A stretch of 64,000 nucleotides of DNA from Gemmatimonadales bacterium. GTDB taxonomy: Bacteria > Gemmatimonadota > Gemmatimonadetes > Gemmatimonadales > Gemmatimonadaceae. Below, in pieces: positions 45,556-54,175 of the stretch. The stretch spans positions 6,025-70,024 of the forward strand of contig JBBQJC010000011.1 of NCBI GenBank assembly GCA_038325515.1, written 5' to 3'. The notes below the pieces were generated by a model that had not been told where the DNA came from, did not search any database, and saw only the letters and a program-made list of their open reading frames with translations. Within the stretch, counting starts at the first letter, position 1; every line of letters starts with the position of its first letter. The translations under genes were made by a program, and so were the position numbers.

Positions 45556-46638
45556 TCACGAGTGTGGAGGGCGCCTCGCCGCGCTCAGGAACGCGATGAC
45601 GTCCGACGCAAATCGCCCAGGCTGCTCGGCCCACATGAAGTGTCCGCCGTCCGGGTACTCCACGATCCGCCCATTCGGGAGCGTGGCGGCAAACGCTCGC
45701 TGCGGCTCGACGTTCGCCTGGTGGTCTTCGCGGCCGGCCACCACGAGGACTGGCATGACCAGCCGCTGCGCATCACGAAAGCGGTAGCCCAGGAGCCCTG
45801 CCTTGATGAGCGCGGTCGACAGCTCGCCGGTGTTCCGCAGGCCGGCTGCATTGTCTGCCCGATTGACGAGGCGCTCCGTCGCCGGATCCGGGAACATGTT
45901 GCCATTCACGAAAGCCTGCAGGCCCCCGTCCTCGAAGACGTGGTCCGCGTAGACGTTGCACTTGAGGTCGGAGCCGGCCACCGCAGCCGCCAGCGCGCGC
46001 GCGTAGACGGCCGGGTTGGCCTGCGCGAGGCGGTCGCATTGGATGTTGAACGTGGCCGGGATGTCGGGCCCGGCGGCGGCGAGGACCATCCCCGACACAT
46101 GCTCCGGATACTTCGCACCGTATTCCATGGCCACGATGCTGCCCACGCTATGGCCGATCAGCGCGATCCGAGGTACCCCCCAGCCACGGCGCAGACGTTC
46201 CAGGTCGTCGACCAGCAGGGCCAGGGAGTACGCCCGGTTCCACGGTCGCTCCGATCGGCCGCTGCCACGCTGATCGAGATAGACCATGCGCAGCGATCTC
46301 TCGAGCGCGGGGCCCGCCAGCGTGGCGAAGCTCTGGCTCCCTTCGCCAGGGCCGCCGTGGAGAAACACGACTGGCGGGGCGGCAGTCGCCGAGCTGCCGG
46401 CGACGCAGTACCAGAGCCGCACGCCGTTGACCACGGCGGTGTGGGGTCCTGGCCGCAGATCGGGTGACACCGCGTCCGGAACCCTGGCCGAGTCGGCGAC
46501 GCCGCAGGCCGGTTCCGCCCGCGCCACCGGCTTCAGGCGGGTGCCCCAGTGCACGACGCTCGCGGGCCGTGCGGCGGCAAGTGCGAGCACCATCAGCGGC
46601 CAGTACATCATCGCGGATCCTCTGAATAGCCGGGCCAT
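45556..46638 (-). CDS. Alpha/beta hydrolase (proline iminopeptidase-like), secreted
   Basis: 'VVFLHGGPGEGS' and nucleophile elbow 'LIGHSVGS'. N-terminal signal. Confidence 0.8.
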   Translation of the reverse strand: MARLFRGSAMMYWPLMVLALAAARPASVVHWGTRLKPVARAEPACGVADSARVPDAVSPDLRPGPHTAVVNGVRLWYCVAGSSATAAPPVVFLHGGPGEGSQSFATLAGPALERSLRMVYLDQRGSGRSERPWNRAYSLALLVDDLERLRRGWGVPRIALIGHSVGSIVAMEYGAKYPEHVSGMVLAAAGPDIPATFNIQCDRLAQANPAVYARALAAAVAGSDLKCNVYADHVFEDGGLQAFVNGNMFPDPATERLVNRADNAAGLRNTGELSTALIKAGLLGYRFRDAQRLVMPVLVVAGREDHQANVEPQRAFAATLPNGRIVEYPDGGHFMWAEQPGRFASDVIAFLSAARRPPHS

Positions 46639-46767
46639 CGTTGCAGCCCCCTATCGAGCGCTCGGCGGAAGGTGGAGGCAATCCGGTCGGGGCGCCAGCT
46701 CGACGTCGCCTCGGTGGCGGACGCCGTTCGTCGGCCGTGACTGGCGGGCGAGCCACGCGGCGGCAAC

Positions 46768-47274
46768 TCAGCTCCGGAGACGCACCTTTGGAGCTTCGAA
46801 TCGTGCTGGTGCGTCGCGCGCCTCCGTAAGCTGCAACGGCCCGTGGGGCGACGCCGGCGCCGTTGCGGTTGGTTCGCCAGGCGCAGGCGCCGCCGCGGTC
46901 GACGCCTGCGTCTCCCTCACCACGCGGCGCCAGGCCCACGCGCTGGCGGCGGCCCATGTCACCACCGCACCGGCCGACGTCCACCAGAAGAGCGGTCCCG
47001 CGTGGAAGGTCGCCCCGACGCCGCCCACGCCCCCGACTGCCGCCGCCGTCCAGAGCGCAACCCAGCGCGCCGCGCGAGCCGGCGACCCGTCGCGCAGGGC
47101 TCGCGCGCTCCGCGCCGCGGCGAAGGTGTACACGGCGGCGATCGGGGCGAGCAGTGCCGCGCGCGCGTCCACCCATGCCAGCGCCACGAGCGCGGCGGTT
47201 TGCGCCGCGCCGATCAGGGTGAACGAAGTCAGCGCGCTCGTGGCGCGGCGCGTCCAGGGGCCGAGAGGGGACAT
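46768..47274 (-). CDS. Hypothetical membrane protein
   Basis: From 'MSPLGPWTRRATSALTSFTLIGAAQTAALVALAWV'. 3-4 hydrophobic segments. Weak call. Confidence 0.45.
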   Translation of the reverse strand: MSPLGPWTRRATSALTSFTLIGAAQTAALVALAWVDARAALLAPIAAVYTFAAARSARALRDGSPARAARWVALWTAAAVGGVGGVGATFHAGPLFWWTSAGAVVTWAAASAWAWRRVVRETQASTAAAPAPGEPTATAPASPHGPLQLTEARDAPARFEAPKVRLRS

Positions 47275-47349
47275 GGTACCGATACGGATCGGCGGGGACT
47301 CCGGTGTCACCTCACGCCTCGAAGGAGATGCTGGCCGCAAGCCCTGGCG

Positions 47350-48321
47350 TCAGCGATGCTGCACGAGGTCCCAACGATTGCCGTAGAGGTCTTCGAAGAC
47401 CGCGACGCGGCCATAGGGCTCGTCGCGAGGGGTCTCGATGAACTGTACGCCACGCGCTCGCATCGCCAGGTAGTCGCGATCGAAGTCGTCGGTGGCGAGG
47501 AAGAAGACGACGCGACCGCCACCCTGCTTTCCGATCGCCGCGCTCTGCTCCGGCGTCGCGGCGCGCGCGAGGAGCAGCGCGGCTTCGTGTGAGCCCCGTG
47601 GCGCGACCCGCACCCATCGCTTGTCGGGCGTGAGCGGACTGTCCTCGAGGACGCGGAAGCCCAGGCTTTCCGTGAAATACAGGAGCGCCTCGTCGTACTC
47701 CCGCACGAGAAACGCGACGTTCGCGAGGTGGGGCACGACGTCTCCGCTCCGTGGGAGATCGCCATGATCGGCGCTTCGGCGCGCCGTGACCTGAGTTTCC
47801 CGCTCGAGGATCGGGAGATAGGCGCGCCACGGACCGACTGCGTCCCGGTACTGCTTTGCCATGACGCGGCCGATCTGGGCGAGATGTCCGAGATCGTGCG
47901 CCACCCAGGTTGCCAGCAGCTGGCGCAGCGTCACGCGCCCGAAGTCGGGATGCTCGCCTTCGAGTTCGAGCTCGGCCTCGCCGAGTCGCCACGACTCCAG
48001 CGTGGCGAGGTTCTCGGTGCGCAGTGTCTCGAACTCCTCGAGCAGCGTATCGAGCGACTTCCCCTCGCTCTCCCGGGCCTGGGCGAACCGGTCGAACGGC
48101 GCGAAGCGCCGGTCATCGCCGCGGGCGAGAATCATCCGCGCCCGGGGAATCCAGTCGGTGCGCTCCCCGTGACCGAGGTGGCCGAGGATGTCGAAGACGC
48201 TCCACGTCTCCGGTCCCTCGTTCGGCGTCGTCCACGCCGCGGGCAGGCCGGCGAGCAGGGCGCGGAGTGCATGTGGCGTTCGCGCGAGGACCGCCGTTCC
48301 ATCCCGCAGCTCGAAGTTCAT
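47350..48321 (-). CDS. DinB-domain / VOC (glyoxalase)-domain fusion protein
   Basis: N-terminal half: 'ILGHLGHGERTDW' ... 'WVAHDLGHLAQIGRV' (DinB). C-terminal half: 'HLANVAFLVREYDEALLYFTESLGF' ... 'FEDLYGNRWDLVQ' (VOC). There is no stop between the halves. Confidence 0.7.
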   Translation of the reverse strand: MNFELRDGTAVLARTPHALRALLAGLPAAWTTPNEGPETWSVFDILGHLGHGERTDWIPRARMILARGDDRRFAPFDRFAQARESEGKSLDTLLEEFETLRTENLATLESWRLGEAELELEGEHPDFGRVTLRQLLATWVAHDLGHLAQIGRVMAKQYRDAVGPWRAYLPILERETQVTARRSADHGDLPRSGDVVPHLANVAFLVREYDEALLYFTESLGFRVLEDSPLTPDKRWVRVAPRGSHEAALLLARAATPEQSAAIGKQGGGRVVFFLATDDFDRDYLAMRARGVQFIETPRDEPYGRVAVFEDLYGNRWDLVQHR

Positions 48322-48557
48322 GGGGCGGGCATTGGGGGAGGGGGAGATCGCATGATCGGCGATGACTGTTGCGCGCCGGGTTCGAGCGAGTGAGCGGAAG
48401 TTATGACACGCGGACGATGGGATCCAGCATGACTCCACCGGCGGTCTCCTTCGTTGCCATGCCGGTGATCACCTGGCACATCGTTCCTTCCCGAGATTGG
48501 TTCGTGTCCGTTGGCGCGCCAGTAGACGTTCCCGGCCAGAGTATGGCCGCACGACCA

Positions 48558-49262
48558 TCACACGTCGACGTCGACAATTACCGGAGCATGGTCGCTCCAC
48601 GGCCGCCATTCGCCGTACGCACCGACCTGGACTGCGGTGATCCGGCTCGCCCACTCACCGGGAACAAAGCAGTAGTCGAGATGGAACGGCGCCGACTCCT
48701 TGCCGAGAAAGAAATGCGTCGGGCGTGTCTCCTCGCCGAACGGCTCGGCGAAGTGATGGTGATACGCGCTCACGAGTCCGAGGTCGTCCGTGAGCGTCAT
48801 CAGGTCGGGCCAGGTCCTGCTCCTGAAGGAAGCATTCGCGTTGAAGTCTCCCAGGACGACAGTCGGCCGCGTGCGGAGCCATTCTGCATGTCGCGTCAGA
48901 CCGGCGTGGAGCTGCCGATAGGCGGCGCTCGCCGGCTTGGCGGCGGATGTCCACACCGCCACGACATTGAACTGCAGTGCGCCACGCGCCGCCTCGTATC
49001 GCTGGAATCCGGCGATCTCCGACTCGCCCGTGAGACGCGACATCGCGACGTCAGAATAGGAAAGCATGGCGATGCCGCGCCGAGGGACCTCCTCACGCGA
49101 CGGGCGATCGCGAAATCCCGGCTGGCACTCGCCGTCGAGAAACAGCTCGTCGTCGAGCGGCTCGCACTCCTGCACCGCGAGCACGTCCGGACGGAAGGGT
49201 GCGATGAGGCGTGCCTTCTTGCGGAAGCCGCCGACGCGGCAGTTCCAGGTGGCGAGCCTCAT
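48558..49262 (-). CDS. Endonuclease/exonuclease/phosphatase (EEP) family protein
   Basis: 'MRLATWNCRVGG', 'PDVLAVQECE', 'VLGDFN', 'SDHAPVIVDVDV'. Confidence 0.8.
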   Translation of the reverse strand: MRLATWNCRVGGFRKKARLIAPFRPDVLAVQECEPLDDELFLDGECQPGFRDRPSREEVPRRGIAMLSYSDVAMSRLTGESEIAGFQRYEAARGALQFNVVAVWTSAAKPASAAYRQLHAGLTRHAEWLRTRPTVVLGDFNANASFRSRTWPDLMTLTDDLGLVSAYHHHFAEPFGEETRPTHFFLGKESAPFHLDYCFVPGEWASRITAVQVGAYGEWRPWSDHAPVIVDVDV

Positions 49263-49297
49263 GGATGCTGGTCCTCCGACTCATGCAACTAGATAGA

Positions 49298-49332
49298 ATG
49301 GCTGCCGCCTTCCCGGAGAAGACGGCAGCCAT
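49298..49332 (-). terminator. Stem-loop downstream of hicB-like gene
   Basis: Perfect 10-bp stem atggctgccg / cggcagccat with a 15-nt loop. A T-containing tract follows on the minus strand. Confidence 0.4.
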
Positions 49333-49376
49333 GTGCAGCCAGTTGGGGAACGAAGTCGATATGCTTCACGCGTCGA

Positions 49377-49595
49377 TCAGGCGATCAGGCGCTCGCGAAT
49401 CACCTCGGCACCGGCCAAGTCCTCTTCGGACAGCGCGCGGTTGGCCTCGAGCACCAGCTCTACCGCCTCGCGGAGATTCACGCGCGCTTCCTCGAGCGTC
49501 TCACCCTGGGTATTCGCGCCTGGAAGCTCCTCGACGAACGCGACGTATCCACCTTCGGGTGCCTTGCGGAACACGGCAGTCAATTCGAGCGGCAT
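49377..49595 (-). CDS. hicB: HicB-family (UPF0150) antitoxin-like protein, no HicA partner found
   Basis: 'FRKAPEGGYVAFVEELPGANTQGETLEEARVNLREAVELVLE'. GGAGG lies 5 nt upstream of the ATG. Confidence 0.75.
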   Translation of the reverse strand: MPLELTAVFRKAPEGGYVAFVEELPGANTQGETLEEARVNLREAVELVLEANRALSEEDLAGAEVIRERLIA

Positions 49596-49619
49596 TGATT
49601 CCTCCCTGGGACACTCAAT

Positions 49620-50040
49620 CTAAACTCGCGTTTGGCGAACACCTACGTCAATTACAGAGCACGCCGAGGCGAGCCCGCGCGCGCGGCGTCGCGTCGACCA
49701 TCTCGCCGCTGACGCCAGCGCCTTGGAAGCTGGCTCGCTCGCGTGGCTGCGGACGTCGGCGCCCAGGGCGCGCACGGGGCTGCGCACGACTGTCTCGTCC
49801 GCGCAGAGCACGAGATCGCGGATGTCCTTGCGGTTGGTCAGCCGGTCGTAGCGCGGGAAGGAGTTGCTGTGCTCCTCGAGCACGAGCTGCACTCCAGACA
49901 CCACCACTCGGCGGACGTCGACCCTGGCGCCCTCCTCGCTCTCGTAGTCGGCCTCGTTGTCGAAGAGCGCCTTGCCGAGCGGCTAGGAGGAAGTGGTGAC
50001 GTAGAGGGAGCTGTTCGCTCCGCGCACGCCCGTCACGCCA
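49620..50040 (-). pseudogene. Unclassified gene remnant with in-frame TAG (49983..49985)
   Basis: One frame reads '...GVRGANSSLYVTTSS*PLGKALFDNEADYESEEGARVDVRRVVVSGVQLVLEEHSNSFPRYDRLTNRKDIRDLVLCADETVV...'. It is protein-like but lacks a start and is interrupted. Confidence 0.3.
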
Positions 50041-50238
50041 GTTCGACACGCACGAATGTATGGCTAGGTTGCGCCGCGACACCATTCATCGGCACGCATC
50101 ACTGGTGGCTGAAACGCAGGGCGCGCGGTTCTAACTCGTCGGTGTACTTGTGCAGCCTTCGTGGCCCGGATCGCGCCACCCGTGACCCGCCGCTCGCGCG
50201 AGAAGGAAGTTTACAAGAAAGCGTTGCAAGCCCCCATC

Positions 50239-50709
50239 CTAGTAGCGCCAACCCTTACGACGTAGCAGGTCTTCGATGTTACAATAGTCAATGCCGAAAT
50301 GCTGGCAAACATTCGGAATCTTAGCCGCGTTCGGCTTATGTTTCTCCTCCGTCAGGACACAGCCCCCTCGGGCCTTGGCGCGTGCGATAAGCCATGGATC
50401 GGCGACGAATCCGCCTCGAAGGATTGCGTCCTCGCTAACTAACTGTCGAAAATGCGCGATCTGAAAAAGTTCGGCGACGAAAGCCATCTCGTCTTCCGTC
50501 GGCGGTGAGAAGATCGACTTGTTGCGCTCGATCCATTCGTTGAGATGGGTGGAGTCTACCCGGCGCTGCGATTCGTGATATACCTCCTCTGCCGAGATTA
50601 GCTCCCCGTTCAGAACCAGTTGGTCGATCTCGTGCCAGAGCGTGGCGAACGTGCCTGGATAGTAGTTCTTTAGCACTCCGAGCGAATTCGTATCGATAAC
50701 AAACGTCAT
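50239..50709 (-). CDS. DUF4411-family protein (PIN-like nuclease fold)
   Basis: 'MTFVIDTNSL', 'VADPWLIARAKARGGCVLTEEKHKPNAAKIPNVCQHFGIDYCNIEDLL' matches the DUF4411 pattern as I recall it. GC about 50%. Confidence 0.85.
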   Translation of the reverse strand: MTFVIDTNSLGVLKNYYPGTFATLWHEIDQLVLNGELISAEEVYHESQRRVDSTHLNEWIERNKSIFSPPTEDEMAFVAELFQIAHFRQLVSEDAILRGGFVADPWLIARAKARGGCVLTEEKHKPNAAKIPNVCQHFGIDYCNIEDLLRRKGWRY

Positions 50710-51875
50710 TCCGCCCGCCCTCGCGAGAGCAAGAATGATTCAAATCGGTCGAGATTTCGAGCCTTCATTCGAAGGTGATCCGCTGCGTCACCGATGCCGA
50801 TTCGCCCGCTGTGGTACTGAAAAAACACCGCGCGCGCATAGGTATCGCTAAGATACGTGCCTACGTTCGCGTAGTACGAACCACCGCCCGTTCTTTCATC
50901 TTGGCGTAGGTAGTCCTCTCGCCAATGCTCGACCAAGCTGGTATAAGCTTCCGAATCAACTCGACCGGCATCAAGGAGCCGCCGGAGGACGACCTCGCGA
51001 CTGACTTTTAGGGCGCGTGCTGCACCGCTGATTCTCTCGCCAATCTGTGCGCCGCTGATTTCATCCAGATCGATGCTGCCCGGAGGAACAAGTGCCTCGG
51101 CTGCAAACCGATTGCAGGCAATCTCAATGCGCCGATCGGAGAGGGAAAGCGAGCCAAGATCGTCTTCATCCCGTGTCGTCACGCCCGAGACACCGTACGC
51201 AAGATGACCAAGTTCGTGAAGCAGCGTGAAGATCTGCCGTGTGTGGGAGGTCGCGTTGTTAATCACGACAACCGGGTATTGCGGGTCATCTAGGCAAAAC
51301 CCAGATACAGACTCCTGATCAAACGGGCGCTTGAAGACGAGAATTGCAAATCGCTCAATCGCGAAACGCCAAGCCTTGAGTGCCTCATCGGCGTTCCGCC
51401 ACTGCAGTTGCTCAGCGAGCGAAATCCCGAGGAGACTGCGAACGCGATGTGCAAGGCTCGTAGGTGTTTCACGGTGCTTTGCGCGAAGATCGGCGACTGT
51501 CCCACGAAACGACTCATCGGTTCCAGCGAACACGTCCTTGGCCGAGAGTTGCCACGCGCGTGCGTCTCGCAACGCGAACAGTGTATCTGGCTCGAGCCGC
51601 TCACGTTCAGAGTCCGGAAGCGTCCGAAATTCTGACGCGATCGATTCTTCGGTGGGTGGGGAAGGGAAAAAGAAGACGGCAAGCGGCCGCCTATAGACGC
51701 GCTGCGCCAAGTCCGCCAGCTGACGATACGTCGGCGTTTCCGATCCGTTTTCCCACGCTTCAAGGGCCTCCGCGCTTCGGCCGATAGCTTCAGCAGCATC
51801 GACCACGGTGAGACCCGCGCGAACGCGCGCCCACTGAAGCACCTTCGGATTTACGGAAGTCGCCCTGAGAACCAT
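50706..51875 (-). CDS. XRE-type HTH fused to ImmA/IrrE (DUF955/COG2856) zinc metallopeptidase
   Basis: HTH 'LQWARVRAGLTVVDAAEAIGRSAEALEAWENGSETPTYRQLADLA'. Zinc motif 'FTLLHELGHLAY'. The stop overlaps the DUF4411 start by 4 nt (ATGA). The Met at 51875 is preferred over 51959. Confidence 0.85.
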   Translation of the reverse strand: MVLRATSVNPKVLQWARVRAGLTVVDAAEAIGRSAEALEAWENGSETPTYRQLADLAQRVYRRPLAVFFFPSPPTEESIASEFRTLPDSERERLEPDTLFALRDARAWQLSAKDVFAGTDESFRGTVADLRAKHRETPTSLAHRVRSLLGISLAEQLQWRNADEALKAWRFAIERFAILVFKRPFDQESVSGFCLDDPQYPVVVINNATSHTRQIFTLLHELGHLAYGVSGVTTRDEDDLGSLSLSDRRIEIACNRFAAEALVPPGSIDLDEISGAQIGERISGAARALKVSREVVLRRLLDAGRVDSEAYTSLVEHWREDYLRQDERTGGGSYYANVGTYLSDTYARAVFFQYHSGRIGIGDAADHLRMKARNLDRFESFLLSRGRAE

Positions 51876-52069
51876 TACGCAATTTACCACGCCGGTCGCG
51901 TGGTCAATAGGTGTCAAATGGGCTCGCTGCGCGTTGATCGAGCTCAGCGACCCACCCACGGGCTATGGTCCGTTATCTGGCTTGCGCGTGCGCGCTGGCG
52001 CTCCAGAATCGCCCCAAGCTCTACCAATGCTTCCTCGATTCCGCTGATAAGCCCCTCAGCCCCCATAAC

Positions 52070-54031
52070 CTACGGCGACATCATCGGCGCCAATCGAATC
52101 CCTCGCAACGCACCCAAGCCCCTCACATCCACCGGCACCACCCCGCCCGGATCCGCCATCGTCCACGGCGCCGGCACCGGATCCACCCCCATCACGACAG
52201 CGCGCTGCCCGAACAACGCCGCCGTCAACGAATGCAGCGCCCGATGCCTCCACGCCGCCGCCTTCACCTCCATGGCCAGCAGCAGATACGCCGCATCCTC
52301 GAACGACGGCACAGTATCCGCCGGCGAGACACCACAGTAGCTCTGCGTCGACGCCCACGCGCACCCATGCCCCACCCCGAGCGTGTGCATCGCCTCGTGA
52401 ATCAACACGCTCTGCTGCAGCGCTCCGACGGCTGAAGGGTTGTACCCGATCACCTGCGCCTGCGACATCGTGTTGCTCACCGTGATGTGATCCACGGCCG
52501 ACCCGCGCCACCCGGTCACCACGAAGTCCTGCAGCATCAGCACAGCCGGCGACGTGATCCCGGTGCCGATCGCCCCGGTACCCCCACCTCCAGTTACCGC
52601 ACCGCGCAACAGCGAGTCGAACTGGAAGATCAACATCCGGTTGGGCGTCGTCCCCGACACGCGATCGGTCCTGTACCCATCCTGGTCGTTGACGGGCTTC
52701 CAGATCTGGAACCCCAGCGTGTTCTGTACAGTGGCCAGCGCCCGCATCACCTGCACCGAATCGTCCGCGGCCACCTTGCGCGCCGAGCAGCAGGCGCGAT
52801 GGATCGCCACGTTGATGGGAAAGCTGTCGGGCAGCCAGAACATCTCCGCCGCCGAATACGTGTTCTGCAGCTTCGGCGCCGCACCCCCTGACGTAATGGG
52901 GGCCTTCTGCACCCCGCTCGTGAACAGATACGACGGCCCGGTATGCGTCGACGCCGACATCGCGGCATCGAGGTTCACCGCAAGCGTTCGCCCCGCGTAG
53001 ATCCCGCGCGTCACGCGATACTGTGTCGGCACGAGGATGAAGCTGACGTCGGCGTTGATGTCGGAGCCGACACAGTTGGGCAGCGCGCGCACCGAGCAGT
53101 CGGTCGCCACGGGCATCAGCGCCGGAAACCACGCGCGCCCGCTCTTGCTCACTGCATCGATCAGCACCTCGCTCGCCCATCCTGTCGCGTGCGTGGTCAG
53201 CTTGAGCCGGTACGTTCCCGCGGCGCTCACGTCGGCGCTGTCGGTCACGCTCCCGTTGCGCGAGTACGCACGCAACGGCGGCAGGGCGGATCCGTCATAC
53301 GTCCACACCGCGCCGTGCAGCACGCGAAAGAACTCGACGCGCACTGAATCCTTGGGAATGTTGAGCGGACCGGTTGTCGCCACAGCCCACGTGGTGCCGT
53401 CTCCCCTGCCCACGAGCGCCCCGCTGGCGATCCGCACGGCGACCGCCGTGTCGCGCACGAGGAGGCTCGGCGATCCGGCCAGCACTGTCCCCTTGGTGTC
53501 CTTCACCGTTGCCGCCACGCTCACCGTGTCGCCCACGTACTGCTTGGTGGCGCTCGGCGCGAATGCGATCGACCCGATGGGCACAGTTCCGCTGAACGTC
53601 GCGGGCTTGGCGACACGCGCGCTGGTCACGGTGAGCTGCTGCGACTCGGTAGTTGGGCCGAGCGTCCACAGCGCGAACGCTCGGCCAAGGCTGTCGGTAC
53701 TGGCGGCGACGACCCTCACGCTCCCGCCCCCGGACGCGACGGTCCAGGTCACTGGCTCACCCTTTGCCGGCACGCCGAGCGAGTCGGCGAGCTTCACGAC
53801 CATCGCGTCGGTGGGCGTGTCCCCCGCCGGCAGCGACTGCGACACGGCGCTGAGGATAGTCATCGCCAGCGGCCCCGGCGCGGGTGGCGTCGGTGTGGTC
53901 GGGGTCGTCGGCGTGGTGGGGGTGGTCGGCGTGGCCGGGGTCGATGGCGTCGTCGGCCCCCCGCCCTCCCCGCCGCAGGCCGCGAGGGTGAGGGCTGCCG
54001 CGACTGCCCGCGCCGTGCTCGTGAGACGCAT
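52070..54031 (-). CDS. Lipoprotein with Pro/Thr linker, Big-like Ig domains and a C-terminal metzincin-type zinc protease motif
   Basis: 'AAALTLAACGG' lipobox. 'PTTPSTPATPTTPTTPTTPTTPTPP' linker. 'VTWTVASGGGSV' and 'QQLTVTSA' are Ig-like. 'VLIHEAMHTLGVGHG' gives HExxHxxGxxH. Confidence 0.75.
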   Translation of the reverse strand: MRLTSTARAVAAALTLAACGGEGGGPTTPSTPATPTTPTTPTTPTTPTPPAPGPLAMTILSAVSQSLPAGDTPTDAMVVKLADSLGVPAKGEPVTWTVASGGGSVRVVAASTDSLGRAFALWTLGPTTESQQLTVTSARVAKPATFSGTVPIGSIAFAPSATKQYVGDTVSVAATVKDTKGTVLAGSPSLLVRDTAVAVRIASGALVGRGDGTTWAVATTGPLNIPKDSVRVEFFRVLHGAVWTYDGSALPPLRAYSRNGSVTDSADVSAAGTYRLKLTTHATGWASEVLIDAVSKSGRAWFPALMPVATDCSVRALPNCVGSDINADVSFILVPTQYRVTRGIYAGRTLAVNLDAAMSASTHTGPSYLFTSGVQKAPITSGGAAPKLQNTYSAAEMFWLPDSFPINVAIHRACCSARKVAADDSVQVMRALATVQNTLGFQIWKPVNDQDGYRTDRVSGTTPNRMLIFQFDSLLRGAVTGGGGTGAIGTGITSPAVLMLQDFVVTGWRGSAVDHITVSNTMSQAQVIGYNPSAVGALQQSVLIHEAMHTLGVGHGCAWASTQSYCGVSPADTVPSFEDAAYLLLAMEVKAAAWRHRALHSLTAALFGQRAVVMGVDPVPAPWTMADPGGVVPVDVRGLGALRGIRLAPMMSP

Positions 54032-54175
54032 CCGCTGCTCCTTTCATATGAAGTGGTTGGCGGGGCCCATCGTAACCGGCGGGGGTTAGCCCCCTGTGAG
54101 CGGGCGGTAAACCGGGGGTAAACTGCGCCATCTTTCCCCTTGCGGAGGGCGACGGAACTCCCGTAACCTCTCCGC

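Noticed and set aside
49596-49800. Expected HicA toxin gene upstream of hicB, and a sigma70-like promoter (TTGACG ... TAGATT) there.
   Set aside because: None of the three frames contains a HicA-like sequence. The TTGACG and TAGATT hexamers are 23 nt apart, too far for a standard -35/-10 pair.
53880-53960. 12-nt periodic DNA repeat inside the metzincin lipoprotein gene.
   Set aside because: It is explained by the Pro/Thr-rich linker (PTTPSTPATPTTPTTPTTPTTPTPP) of the encoded lipoprotein. It is not an independent element.
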